Assembly (NCBI GenBank): GCA_964421625.1
Contig: CAYQXR010000006.1
Span: 2,056 to 66,055 of the forward strand
Origin: an uncultured Gemmatimonadaceae bacterium
GTDB lineage: Bacteria > Gemmatimonadota > Gemmatimonadetes > Gemmatimonadales > GWC2-71-9
Direction of reading: 5' to 3'
Length of the DNA: 64,000 bases
Below the pieces are notes generated by a model that worked only from the letters and a program-made list of their open reading frames with translations, searched no databases and was not told where the DNA came from. The stretch's first letter is position 1; the number at the start of each line of letters is the position of its first letter. Shown piece after piece: positions 26,841 through 36,377 of the stretch. A program made the translations under genes and the position numbers.

Positions 26841-28003
26841 TGAGATCCCGTCTTCTGGTGGCCCTGGTGCTGGTCGTGGTCGGCGCCGTCCCCTCGCCCG
26901 CGCAGTCGTCGATCTTCGGGGTCCGCGGTATCGGGATGCCGGGCCGAGGCCTGACCGCGAGAGCCCTGGGGGCCGGCGGTGGTCTTGGGATGTTCGAAGG
27001 TGAATCCAGCCGCAACCCGGCAGCCATCACGCTTCTCGGTCCGACAACCGCGTCCTTCACGACCACCTCGAGTTGGCGGACCAGTGATGTGGCCAGTCAG
27101 TCGAGCCGGATCCGGGATACCCGATTCCCCCAGCTGAGTGTCGGCGGCACCATTCCGGGGACCCGGGTTGCCCTCGGCTTTTCGCATTCGCTGTTCGCCG
27201 ACCGCGACTTCACCCTGGTGACCGAGGGGGTGGAGGTCCTGCGCGAGGTGCCGGTGCTCTACCACGACACCACCACCTCACGCGGGGGCGTCAGCAACCT
27301 GCGGCTCACTGCGGCCTGGCGGCCCGTCGAGCGCATTGCCATCGGTGGCGGCGTCGATTTCCTGACCGGCCAGAACCAGTTGTCGACCCGGCGGGTCTGG
27401 GACGACGACCGCTACACGGCGACCCGGCTCACCGGTGAGATCTCCACCCGTGCCACCGGCCTGACCGTGGGTGTGCTGGCCCAGCCGCAGCCATGGTTGC
27501 AACTGGCCGGCTCGGTGCAGCGGTTGGGCGATCTGGATGTCCGCCAGGATTCTCAATCCACGGCCACCCGGATCCCCATGCCGACGACGCTTACCGCTGG
27601 TATCCGGGTGCAGCCGTGGTTGGGCATCTCCGCGAGCGGGATGGTGACCTCGCGCTCATGGAACCGGGGCGATTCGGCGGTCCAGGCGCTGCACGGTGTC
27701 GGCGCGGCCCGCACGCTCGAGGTGGCTGCTGGCCTGGAGATCGCCCGGCATCCCACCAACCGGGATCATTTCCCGCTGCGACTCGGTGTGCGGCGGGCGA
27801 CGCTGCCCTTTGCCCTGTTTCCCGGGGCATCCCCCCGCGAGACGGCCTATTCCCTGGGGACTGGCATGCGCTTCGCCCGCCAGAGCGGCGGCCTGGATGT
27901 CGCCCTCGAGCGGATCACCCGGCGCGAAGGGGCGTCGTTCCAGGAGTCGGCCTGGCATCTGACCTTCGGCATTGCCATCCGCGCTCAGCCTGGCGGGCGG
28001 TAG
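26840..28003 (+). CDS. Putative outer-membrane beta-barrel protein (FadL/PorV-like pattern)
   Basis: Signal peptide MRSRLLVALVLVVVGAVPSPAQS, then ARALGAGGGLGMFEGESSRNPAAI, which resembles the N-terminal motif of FadL/PorV-type barrels. The rest shows an alternating beta-strand pattern. Confidence 0.55.
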   Translation: MRSRLLVALVLVVVGAVPSPAQSSIFGVRGIGMPGRGLTARALGAGGGLGMFEGESSRNPAAITLLGPTTASFTTTSSWRTSDVASQSSRIRDTRFPQLSVGGTIPGTRVALGFSHSLFADRDFTLVTEGVEVLREVPVLYHDTTTSRGGVSNLRLTAAWRPVERIAIGGGVDFLTGQNQLSTRRVWDDDRYTATRLTGEISTRATGLTVGVLAQPQPWLQLAGSVQRLGDLDVRQDSQSTATRIPMPTTLTAGIRVQPWLGISASGMVTSRSWNRGDSAVQALHGVGAARTLEVAAGLEIARHPTNRDHFPLRLGVRRATLPFALFPGASPRETAYSLGTGMRFARQSGGLDVALERITRREGASFQESAWHLTFGIAIRAQPGGR

Positions 28004-28004
28004 G

Positions 28005-29330
28005 GTGACGGTCGCCGCGCCGCGCCGGGTCTATATCGAGACCTATGGCTGCCAGATGAATGTGGCGGACACCGAACTCATGTTCGGGGTGCTGGCGCGC
28101 GACGGGTATGTGGCCACCGGGGAGCCTGAGGGCGCTGACGTGCTGCTGGTCAACACCTGTGCCGTGCGCGATCACGCCGAGCAACGGGTGATCGGGCGCG
28201 TGGGTGAGCTGCAGCGGCACAAGCGGCCGGGGACGGTGCTTGGGGTGGTCGGCTGCATGGCCCAGCGGCTCGGCCCGGCGCTGCTGGAGCGCGTCGCCAA
28301 GGTCGATCTGGTGGTCGGCCCCGACGGGTACCGCAATCTTCCCGAACTGCTGACACATGCCCGCGCCGGGCAGCGCGCGGCCGAAGTGGCCTACCGGGGC
28401 TGGGAGCATTACGAAGACATCCCCCAGCTCCGGGAGCCGGGGCCGACGGCCTTCGTGACGGTGCAGCGCGGCTGCGACTACCGCTGCACCTTCTGCATCG
28501 TCCCCACGACGCGTGGCCCCGAGCGGAGCCGCCGCCTGGATGACGTCGTGGCCGAGACGCGGCGACTGGTCGAGGAGGGTGTGGTCGAGGTCACGCTGCT
28601 GGGGCAGACCGTCAACTCCTACCACGATGGCACCGCCGACTTCGCGGATCTGCTGCGGGCCGTTGGGGGTATCGATGGCCTGCGTCGACTCCGGTTCACC
28701 TCGCCCTATCCTACCGACTTCACCGACCGCGTCATCGAGGCGATGGCCACCACGCCGGCTGTGTGTGAGCATGTGCATCTGCCGGTGCAGAGCGGCTCCA
28801 ACGCCGTGCTGCGCCGCATGCTGCGCCGCTACACCCGCGAGGCCTATCTCGATGTGGTTCAGCGGCTGCGGGCTGCGATGCCGTCGATCACCTTCTCGAC
28901 CGACATCATCGTCGGCTTTCCGGGCGAGACCGATGAGCAGTTCGAGGAGACCGTGGCGCTGGTCCCGGAGGCGGCCTTCGACGACGCCTACATGTTCAAG
29001 TATTCGGTGCGTGAGGGGACGCCGGCGGTGCGCCTCAAGGACCACGTGCCCGACGACGTGGCGGCGGCCCGGATCGAGCGCCTGATCGACGTGGTGCGCT
29101 CCCAGGCCCGGCGCCGCAACGCCGAGCGGGTCGGCCAGATCCATGAAGTGCTGGTCGAGCGGGTGGCGCGCCGTGGCGATCTGATGCTGGGGCGTACCCG
29201 ACAGAACTTCCTGGTTCTGGTGGATCTGCCCCCCGACAGCATCGGGACCTGGCACCGGGTGCGACTGACCGGCACCACGGGTTCGACCTTCACCGGCATG
29301 CTGACCACTCCTTCCCTGGCGGTGCTGTGA
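28005..29330 (+). CDS. miaB: tRNA-2-methylthio-N6-dimethylallyladenosine synthase MiaB
   Basis: YIETYGCQMN N-terminus, radical-SAM CxxxCxxC (GCDYRCTFCIVP) and a TRAM C-terminus. GTG 28005 lies just after the upstream stop. Confidence 0.92.
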   Translation: MTVAAPRRVYIETYGCQMNVADTELMFGVLARDGYVATGEPEGADVLLVNTCAVRDHAEQRVIGRVGELQRHKRPGTVLGVVGCMAQRLGPALLERVAKVDLVVGPDGYRNLPELLTHARAGQRAAEVAYRGWEHYEDIPQLREPGPTAFVTVQRGCDYRCTFCIVPTTRGPERSRRLDDVVAETRRLVEEGVVEVTLLGQTVNSYHDGTADFADLLRAVGGIDGLRRLRFTSPYPTDFTDRVIEAMATTPAVCEHVHLPVQSGSNAVLRRMLRRYTREAYLDVVQRLRAAMPSITFSTDIIVGFPGETDEQFEETVALVPEAAFDDAYMFKYSVREGTPAVRLKDHVPDDVAAARIERLIDVVRSQARRRNAERVGQIHEVLVERVARRGDLMLGRTRQNFLVLVDLPPDSIGTWHRVRLTGTTGSTFTGMLTTPSLAVL

Positions 29331-29341
29331 TTCTCAATGTG

Positions 29342-29599
29342 ATGGAACGGCATGTCCAGGAGGCCTACGATCGGCTGAAGGACGTGGTGCCCGGCTTCGT
29401 GGACAGCCCCGCCCACCGGGACGATGTGCTGGTGTACGCGCTGAATCGCCTGCCGCCGCGATACGTGGTGACCAACGAGGGCAAGGCCGTCACCGAGGTG
29501 GCGCTCGACACGCCCCAGCATCGAACCACCATCGAAGTGCAGGTACTGGAAGCCCTGCGTCGGGTGGCACACATGCCGCGCCGGGCCGAGGGGCCCTGA
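29342..29599 (+). CDS. ComFB-like small protein
   Basis: NVMERHVQEAYDRL...RDDVLVYALNRLPPRYV resembles the ComFB (late competence development) fold signature. It contains no Cys. The start is GTG 29327 (overlapping the miaB stop), GTG 29339 or ATG 29342. Confidence 0.5.
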   Translation: MERHVQEAYDRLKDVVPGFVDSPAHRDDVLVYALNRLPPRYVVTNEGKAVTEVALDTPQHRTTIEVQVLEALRRVAHMPRRAEGP

Positions 29600-29622
29600 G
29601 CCGGCTGCGACCATCGGGCGGG

Positions 29623-31875
29623 GTGCTCCTCGCCGTAGCATTGGGGGCCGGTCTACTGACCGGCCTTTCGCGTTTTCTGGACCCGATGGTCGCCGTTCCG
29701 GTACTGCTGCTGGCGGGGTGGTGCTTCCGACACCGCTGGTGGTGGCCCGCTGCACCAGCCCTGGCTGCTGGGCTCCTGCTGGCGGCTCACACCCTCCGGC
29801 AGGAGGCCAGCCACTGCACGACCCACCTCACCTCCGGTCGGGTGGAACTGCTGGTCCGGACTGTGGATCCGGGGGGCGGTACCGGTCGCGCCACGCTGCC
29901 GGGGACCGCCTGCACCGGGGAGATCCAGATCCGCTGGCCGCGTCAGGGGGACCTGGCTGCCGGTGTTGTTCGGGAAGTCCGTGGCACCTGGTACCCGCGA
30001 CCCCGACCCCTCAGGGAGGTCGACGGCGTGCTGGTGGTGCAGCGATACTATCCGGACCCGCCCGATGGCTCGGTGGACCGTCCCAGGCTGCTCGACCGGT
30101 TCCGAACCGGCCTCTCTCAGAGCAGCCTGCGTCTCTACGGTGAGCGCGCCGCCCTGGTCGATGCCCTGGTCACCGGGCGACGCGGCGAGATCGATCCCAG
30201 TCTGATCACCGCCTTTACCGCCTCCGGTCTGGTGCATCTGCTGGCCATTTCGGGCGCGCACATCGCCCTGATCGCCGCCTGGGTGCTGCTGCTGTTGCGG
30301 GTGGCCCGGGTGCCCAGGTGGTGGGCCGAAGCCGGGGCTGTGCTGGCGGGTCTGGCCTACGCGGCGTTCCTGGGATGGCCACCACCGGCCGCCCGCGCGG
30401 CACTGCTCTGGGCCCTGGCGGCCTGGTCCCGCTGGCGGCAGCGGCGGGTGCGCATCGGCGCGCTGTTCGGCCTCAGTGCCGTGATCCTGTTGATCGCCTT
30501 TCCCCGGGCGATCACCAATGTCGGGGCGTGGTTGTCGGTGGTCGCGCTGGCCGGGCTCACGCTCGCGTCACGCTGGAGTGATCGGGCGCTGTCGCCGCAT
30601 CCCGCGGTTCGTGCGCCGATGGCTTCCCTGGGCGCCACCCTGGTGACGGCCCCAATCACTGCGCTGGTGTTTGGGCAGGTGGCGCCGATCGCCGTCGTGG
30701 CCGGTCTGCTTGCCGGGCCGATCGCCACCCTGGTCCAGCCCCTCATCACCTTCTCCCTGCTGATCGAACCGGCCGCGCCACACCTGGCCGGGGCGCTGGC
30801 CGCGTCGGCCGGACTGCTGCTGGAGCTGTTCGAGTGGGTGATCCGGATCAGTGCCCGCTTGCCGGGCTCGGCGGTGATGGGGGCCGCTGGACTGCGGGCG
30901 GCGCTCCCCTGGCTGGCGCTGCTGACGGTGGTGGTGTGGGCGGTGCGGGGGCAGGCCACCGCCCGGGTCGCCGCCTGGCGATTGGCGCGGGCCGCGACCC
31001 TGGCGCTCTGGTTGCTGCTGATCATGCGTCCCGGCAGACCGACCTGGCGCCCGGATGAACTTGCGGTCTACCTGCTGGACGTGGGGCAGGGGGACGCCAC
31101 CTTGCTGCGGACGCCGGGTGGCCATTGGGTGCTCATCGACGCGGGACCACGCAGTGCCCGCTGGGATGCCGGCGAGCGGGTCATTCTGCCCTTTCTGCGC
31201 CGCATGGGCGTCCGTCAGCTCGATCTCCTGGTTGTGTCCCACGCGCATCTCGACCATCTTGGCGGCGCACCCGCGCTGCTTGGCAACCTGCCCATCCGCC
31301 TGATTCTCGACCCGGGTGAGCCCTTTGCCGACAGTGCCTACGCCGCCTGGCTCCACCAGGTGGATGCCGCCGGGGTCCGCTGGCGGATCGGGACCCCGGG
31401 CTCGACTTGGACGCTCGACGGGGTCACCTTCCGGGTTGTCCACCCTCCCCGAACCTGGCCGGGGCGGGGCAGGGACCTGAACGAGGACTCCATCGTGCTC
31501 GATGTCCGCTACCACGACTTCACGGCGCTCTTCACGGGCGATGCCGGGCATCCGGCCGAGGCGAAGTTCCTCGATGCGCTGGGACCGGTCGATCTGCTGA
31601 AAGTCGGTCACCATGGCTCAGCCGGCTCGACCAGTGAGGACCTGCTGGCCCGCACTCAGCCCACGGTGGCGGTCATCTCGGTCGGGGCCGGCAACCGCTA
31701 TGGGCACCCGGCGCCCACCGTGCTGGCACGACTCCGCGCCCACGGCAGCACGGTACTCCGCACCGATCAGGGCGGCACCATCTCACTGCGCACCGACGGC
31801 CATCGCATGCAGATCGACCACGGCCGCCGCACCCTCCAGTATTCCACGACAGCGACCCCTGCCGGGAGGCATTGA
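29623..31875 (+). CDS. comEC: DNA internalisation competence protein ComEC/Rec2 (competence domain plus metallo-beta-lactamase domain)
   Basis: Polytopic membrane region with [17 protein letters not shown]. The C-terminal MBL domain has [23 protein letters not shown] and KVGHHGS. Confidence 0.88.
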   Translation: MLLAVALGAGLLTGLSRFLDPMVAVPVLLLAGWCFRHRWWWPAAPALAAGLLLAAHTLRQEASHCTTHLTSGRVELLVRTVDPGGGTGRATLPGTACTGEIQIRWPRQGDLAAGVVREVRGTWYPRPRPLREVDGVLVVQRYYPDPPDGSVDRPRLLDRFRTGLSQSSLRLYGERAALVDALVTGRRGEIDPSLITAFTASGLVHLLAISGAHIALIAAWVLLLLRVARVPRWWAEAGAVLAGLAYAAFLGWPPPAARAALLWALAAWSRWRQRRVRIGALFGLSAVILLIAFPRAITNVGAWLSVVALAGLTLASRWSDRALSPHPAVRAPMASLGATLVTAPITALVFGQVAPIAVVAGLLAGPIATLVQPLITFSLLIEPAAPHLAGALAASAGLLLELFEWVIRISARLPGSAVMGAAGLRAALPWLALLTVVVWAVRGQATARVAAWRLARAATLALWLLLIMRPGRPTWRPDELAVYLLDVGQGDATLLRTPGGHWVLIDAGPRSARWDAGERVILPFLRRMGVRQLDLLVVSHAHLDHLGGAPALLGNLPIRLILDPGEPFADSAYAAWLHQVDAAGVRWRIGTPGSTWTLDGVTFRVVHPPRTWPGRGRDLNEDSIVLDVRYHDFTALFTGDAGHPAEAKFLDALGPVDLLKVGHHGSAGSTSEDLLARTQPTVAVISVGAGNRYGHPAPTVLARLRAHGSTVLRTDQGGTISLRTDGHRMQIDHGRRTLQYSTTATPAGRH

Positions 31876-31876
31876 C

Positions 31877-32947
31877 GTGTTGGAACGCACCAAGGTCGTT
31901 ACCCTCGAACGCTTCATTCTCGATCAGCAGTCGCACCATCCCGACGCGACCGGCGAACTCACCAACCTGCTCTACGATATTGCCCTGGCCGCCAAGATGA
32001 TCGCGGCCCAGATCCGCCGAGCGGGTCTGGTCAACATTCTCGGCTCGGCGGGCTCGGTGAATGTCCAGGACGAGGAGCAGCAGAAGCTCGACGTCTACGC
32101 CAACGAGACCATGAAGAACGCCCTGAATCACACCGGGCGGGTCTGCGCCATGGCCTCGGAGGAGGACGAAGAACTCATCCCGATTCTCGACGGCGTCCCG
32201 GCCGGGAAGTACACCGTACTCTTCGATCCACTCGATGGCTCGTCCAATATCGATGTGAACGCCGCCGTGGGGACGATCTTCTCGGTCTACCCCCGCGTCA
32301 GCACCAGCGGTCCGGGCCGCATGGAAGACCTGCTGCAGCCGGGGCACCGCCAGGTGGCAGCAGGGTATGTGATGTACGGCTCCAGCGTGATGATGGTCTA
32401 CGCAGCGGGCGGACTCGGCGTGCACGGCTTCACGCTCGATCCCACCATCGGCGAGTTTCTGCTCTCGCACCCCAATATCACCACCACGCCCACCGGCAAG
32501 TACTACAGCGTCAACGAGTCGAACTTCGGCCGCTGGAGCCCCGGGGTCCGCCAGGCGGTCCGTGGCTTTCACGGCGACGACCCGGCCCGGATGGCCGGCA
32601 AGAACTCGCGCTACATCGGCTCGCTGGTCGCCGACTTCCATCGCAACCTGATCGCCGGGGGCATCTTCCTCTACCCGGGCGATAGCAAGAACCCGCGCGG
32701 CAAGCTGCGGCTCCTCTACGAGGCCTCGCCCATGGCGTATCTGGCCGAGGCCGCGGGGGGCCAGGCCACCGACGGGACCCAGCGGATCCTCGACATTGTC
32801 CCGACCACCCTTCACCAGCGGACCCCGCTCGTGATCGGCGGCGCCACGGACGTCGAGTACGTCGGGCAGGTCATTGCCGAAACGGCCGATCAGGGGCTGA
32901 CCGAGGAGCGCCGGGTCGCCAAGGGAGATCGTCGCGCCGGTCGTTGA
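31877..32947 (+). CDS. fbp: Fructose-1,6-bisphosphatase class 1
   Basis: [11 protein letters not shown]-terminus, [11 protein letters not shown] metal site and [18 protein letters not shown] 31877 follows the comEC stop. There is a short basic C-terminal extension. Confidence 0.9.
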   Translation: MLERTKVVTLERFILDQQSHHPDATGELTNLLYDIALAAKMIAAQIRRAGLVNILGSAGSVNVQDEEQQKLDVYANETMKNALNHTGRVCAMASEEDEELIPILDGVPAGKYTVLFDPLDGSSNIDVNAAVGTIFSVYPRVSTSGPGRMEDLLQPGHRQVAAGYVMYGSSVMMVYAAGGLGVHGFTLDPTIGEFLLSHPNITTTPTGKYYSVNESNFGRWSPGVRQAVRGFHGDDPARMAGKNSRYIGSLVADFHRNLIAGGIFLYPGDSKNPRGKLRLLYEASPMAYLAEAAGGQATDGTQRILDIVPTTLHQRTPLVIGGATDVEYVGQVIAETADQGLTEERRVAKGDRRAGR

Positions 32948-33036
32948 ATCGGCCGGTCCTTGCCTCTACTGGCGGAGGGCGGCACTTTTCCGGCTCCCAC
33001 CGCACGCGCCACCCGTACCCGCTGTTCGAGGTCCAC

Positions 33037-35520
33037 ATGTCACGACTCGCGCTTCTCCCTGTACTCCTCCTCGCCGCGCCGCTCGGTGCGCAGGGGGTCA
33101 CTGCCGCCGACTACACCCGCGCCGTCGGAGCGGCGGCCGGGTACGGGGCGAGCAATCAGCTCTACGGTACGCTCTCCGATCCGGTCTGGCAGGCCGATGA
33201 GCAGTTGACCTATCGCGAGACCACGGCCGACGGCTGGCGGCTGATGATCGCCAATCCGGCTCGGAAGACCAAGGCGCCGCTCTTCGATCATGCCGCCATG
33301 GCCCGCACCCTCTCCGCTGCGGCAGGCGTGACCTACCAGCCTGCCACGATTCCCTTCGGTCCCATCACGGTCAGCGCCAACCGGTCCTCCTTCCAGGCGG
33401 ACGCCGGGGCCCAGCGCTGGCAGTGCCAGGTCAATGCCTCGCGCTGCACCGTCATCGGGAACGCTGCCGCTCCGGCCGGGGCGGCGGGTGCCGGTGCCGG
33501 TGCTCGCGGCGGGCAGGGTGGCCGCGGTGTCGTCGCGGGTGGTCGGGGCGGTGTGGGTGGCCGGGGCGGTGGACAGGGTGGCCGCGGCGGTGGCGGCGCA
33601 GGCGGTGGTGCGGCGCCGAGCTTCAGCATCCGCGACTGGAACCTGTGGGTGAGCATCAACGGCGCTGACAAGCAGCTCACCACCGACGGCGTCGAGAACT
33701 ACGGCTACGCCACCAACAACGCCGGCTGGTCGACCAGCACCACGCCGGTCGTGCTGCTGTCGCCCGATGCGAAGAAGGTTGCCACCTTCCAGCAGGACGA
33801 GCGGAAGGTCGGCGACATGTACCTGGTCTCGACCGACCTCAACGGCGGACATCCCACCCTCCGGGCCTGGAAGTATCCGCTGCCCGGAGACTCGGTGGTG
33901 GCCATGATCGAGCGGCTGGTGATCGACCTGGAAACCGGCCGGATGGTCCGGTTCCAGATGCCGCCGGACTATCACCGCTCCATCAACGGCGACAACATCA
34001 GCATGAGCGACATGAAGTGGTCGCCCGATGGCTCGCGAATCGTCTTCGCCTCTGTCTCGCGTGATCACAAGCAGATCTGGGTGCGCGAAGCCAACACTAC
34101 CACCGGCGCCATCCGGCAGATTTTCAACGAGCGCTGCGCCACGCAGTGTGAAGGCCGGGGCGGCTGGCAGGTGCTCTGGGAAACCAACGAGATCGTCTGG
34201 ATGTCGCAGCGCGATGGCTGGAACCAGTTGTTCCTCTACGATCTCGCCAGCGGCGCCGTCAAGAACAAGATCACCACTCGGCAGGTCAACATCGCCTCCT
34301 ATCAGGTCGATGCCGCCAAGCGGCTGGTCAGCTACTCCGGTCTCGGGGGCGAGCCCGGCGGCGATCCGTACTTTGCCCACCACTACCGCGTCAAGCTGGA
34401 CGGCAGCGGCTTCGTGTCGCTCACGCCCGACGAAGGGAACCACGGCGCGCTGTCGTGGTCGCCGTCGGGCAAGTACTTCACCACCTCATGGAGCCGCTTC
34501 GATGTGGCGCCGGTGGTGACGCTGCGCGACGGGGCCACTGGCGCCGAACTGGTCGAACTGACCCGGGGCAACACCTCGAAGATGGTGGCCGGTGGCTGGC
34601 ACCCGGTCACGCCGATCACCATGAAGGGCCGCGACGGGGTGACCGACATCTACGGTGTGATGTACACGCCCAGCGGTCTGGACCCGAACCGCAAGTACCC
34701 GATCATCAACAAGATCTATCCTGGCCCGCAGGGCGGCTCAGTGGGTGCGCGGAACTTCAAGCAGACCGGCGGCGAGTCGCAGGGTCTGGCGGAACTCGGC
34801 TTCATTGTGGTCGAGATCGACGGCATGGGCGCCACGCCCAACCGCGACAAGGCCTTCGCCGACGCCTACTACGGCCGCATGGGCGACAACAGCCTGCCGG
34901 ACCAGGTGACCGGCATGCAGCAACTGGCCCAGCGCTACCCGTACATCGACCTCTCGCGGGTGGGCATCTGGGGCCATTCCGGCGGTGGATTCGCCACGGC
35001 GGCAGCGATGTTCCGGTTCCCGGACTTCTTCCATGTGGGGATCGCCGAGTCGGGCAACCACGACAACCGGCACTACGAGGACGACTGGGGCGAGCGGTAT
35101 CAGGGCCTCCTGATCCGGCGCCAGGACGGGACGGACAGCTACACCGATGAGTCCAACGCGACCCATGCCAAGAACCTCAAGGGCAAGCTGTTCCTGATCC
35201 ACGGGACCATGGACAACAACGTGCCGCCCAACAACACGCTCCAGGTGGTCGATGCCCTGATCAAGGCCAACAAGGACTTCGACCTGCTGATGATCCCCAA
35301 CGCCGGCCACGGCTTCGGTGCCGTGGGCCCCTACGTCCAGCGGCTCCGCTGGGACTACTTCGTCCGGCACCTGCTGAAGACCGAGCCGCCCAAGGAGTTC
35401 CCCGGACTTGGTGGGGCAACGGGCGCTCCGGGCGGGCGGGGCGGCGTCGGCGGCCCTCCGGGCGGCCGAGGTGGGGTCGGTGGCCGCGGTGGCGGCGGCG
35501 GCGGTGGCGGCCTGCGGTAG
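33037..35520 (+). CDS. Secreted S9 family serine peptidase (DPP-IV-like N-terminal propeller plus prolyl-oligopeptidase catalytic domain) with Gly/Arg-rich insert and tail
   Basis: Signal peptide MSRLALLPVLLLAAPLGAQG. The catalytic triad context is present: GIWGHSGGGF (GxSxGG), HGTMDNNV and NAGHGF. RGG tracts lie at nt ~33464-33618 and ~35404-35517. Confidence 0.88.
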   Translation: MSRLALLPVLLLAAPLGAQGVTAADYTRAVGAAAGYGASNQLYGTLSDPVWQADEQLTYRETTADGWRLMIANPARKTKAPLFDHAAMARTLSAAAGVTYQPATIPFGPITVSANRSSFQADAGAQRWQCQVNASRCTVIGNAAAPAGAAGAGAGARGGQGGRGVVAGGRGGVGGRGGGQGGRGGGGAGGGAAPSFSIRDWNLWVSINGADKQLTTDGVENYGYATNNAGWSTSTTPVVLLSPDAKKVATFQQDERKVGDMYLVSTDLNGGHPTLRAWKYPLPGDSVVAMIERLVIDLETGRMVRFQMPPDYHRSINGDNISMSDMKWSPDGSRIVFASVSRDHKQIWVREANTTTGAIRQIFNERCATQCEGRGGWQVLWETNEIVWMSQRDGWNQLFLYDLASGAVKNKITTRQVNIASYQVDAAKRLVSYSGLGGEPGGDPYFAHHYRVKLDGSGFVSLTPDEGNHGALSWSPSGKYFTTSWSRFDVAPVVTLRDGATGAELVELTRGNTSKMVAGGWHPVTPITMKGRDGVTDIYGVMYTPSGLDPNRKYPIINKIYPGPQGGSVGARNFKQTGGESQGLAELGFIVVEIDGMGATPNRDKAFADAYYGRMGDNSLPDQVTGMQQLAQRYPYIDLSRVGIWGHSGGGFATAAAMFRFPDFFHVGIAESGNHDNRHYEDDWGERYQGLLIRRQDGTDSYTDESNATHAKNLKGKLFLIHGTMDNNVPPNNTLQVVDALIKANKDFDLLMIPNAGHGFGAVGPYVQRLRWDYFVRHLLKTEPPKEFPGLGGATGAPGGRGGVGGPPGGRGGVGGRGGGGGGGGLR
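33464..33618 (+). repeat. Coding Gly/Arg-rich low-complexity tract (RGG repeats) inside the S9 peptidase
   Basis: Translates to AAPAGAAGAGAGARGGQGGRGVVAGGRGGVGGRGGGQGGRGGGGAGGGAAP. A related tract forms the C-terminal tail (nt ~35404-35517: GGRGGVGGPPGGRGGVGGRGGGGGGGGLR). Confidence 0.8.
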
Positions 35521-35542
35521 TCCCTTGCGGATAGGTCGCAGC

Positions 35543-35977
35543 GTGCTGGGTTGGTCGGGGGCCGTTCTGGCCCTCGGCCTGTTTCTGGGGGCCGCCCCGG
35601 GGCCGGATCGCCGGGGTGCTGCCCGCTGCCTGGCGGCGGACACACCCCTGGGCCGGGCGACCCTCCCCGAGGTGAAACGACTCCTCATCGACGATACGGC
35701 TGCTTCCCAGGCCCGCCGGGACTCGCTGCGGATCCCCACGCTCGACTCGGCCCGGGTCCAGGTGGTGGCCACAGACTCTCTCTGCCGACAAGCAGCCGGG
35801 CTGGTGGCCCGACTGTTCCCGACGCTCCCGCAGTCCGACGCGCTCCTGCTGCTCGACCTGGGCGGGCTGGCCTGGTGGGCCACCGAGCACACCGCCGACC
35901 CGGGCCACCCCAACCACCTGCTCCTCGACCGCGGGCTGACAGGGGCCCGTCTGATTCAGCACCCCTTCGACCCCTGA
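35543..35977 (+). CDS. Hypothetical small secreted protein
   Basis: GTG start followed by a hydrophobic VLGWSGAVLALGLFLGAAP signal-like segment. No recognisable family. It fits the coding-frame bias, but support is weak. Confidence 0.4.
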   Translation: MLGWSGAVLALGLFLGAAPGPDRRGAARCLAADTPLGRATLPEVKRLLIDDTAASQARRDSLRIPTLDSARVQVVATDSLCRQAAGLVARLFPTLPQSDALLLLDLGGLAWWATEHTADPGHPNHLLLDRGLTGARLIQHPFDP

Positions 35978-36059
35978 GCCCGGGCGGCACCGGCTACCCG
36001 GGCAGGCTGGATCGGCCTATCTTTCCGGGTTGTTCCGGATCTGTCCTCGATGGGGTCTC

Positions 36060-36377
36060 ATGCCGACGTATCAGTATCAGTGCAGCAGCGGGCACCGGTT
36101 CGACCGGATGCAGAAAATGTCCGACAAGCCGGTCCGTACCTGCCCGGAGTGCGGGGCCAAGTCCGAGCGGATCATCTCGGGTGGCAGCGGTCTGATCTTC
36201 AAGGGTACCGGGTTCTACATCACCGACTACGGCAAGGACGGCAAGGGTCCGCGCAAGGAGGCGACCGAATCCTCCGGGAGCACGGAGGCCAAGGCGGCCC
36301 CGGCCACCCCAGCCCCTGCCGCGAGCACCACACCCGCCCCTGCCGCCAAGCCGACCAGCAGCGGGAGTACCTCGTGA
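36060..36377 (+). CDS. FmdB-family zinc-ribbon protein (CxxC_CxxC_SSSS type)
   Basis: MPTYQYQCSSGHRFD...CPECGA...GFYITDY signature, followed by a low-complexity Ala/Pro/Thr tail. The stop overlaps the argS GTG start. Confidence 0.8.
   Translation: MPTYQYQCSSGHRFDRMQKMSDKPVRTCPECGAKSERIISGGSGLIFKGTGFYITDYGKDGKGPRKEATESSGSTEAKAAPATPAPAASTTPAPAAKPTSSGSTS

Noticed and set aside
33464-33618. GGC/GGT-rich repetitive DNA that superficially resembles a tandem repeat array
   Set aside because: It is in frame inside the S9 peptidase and encodes a Gly/Arg tract. The units are imperfect. It is not a CRISPR array or a non-coding VNTR.
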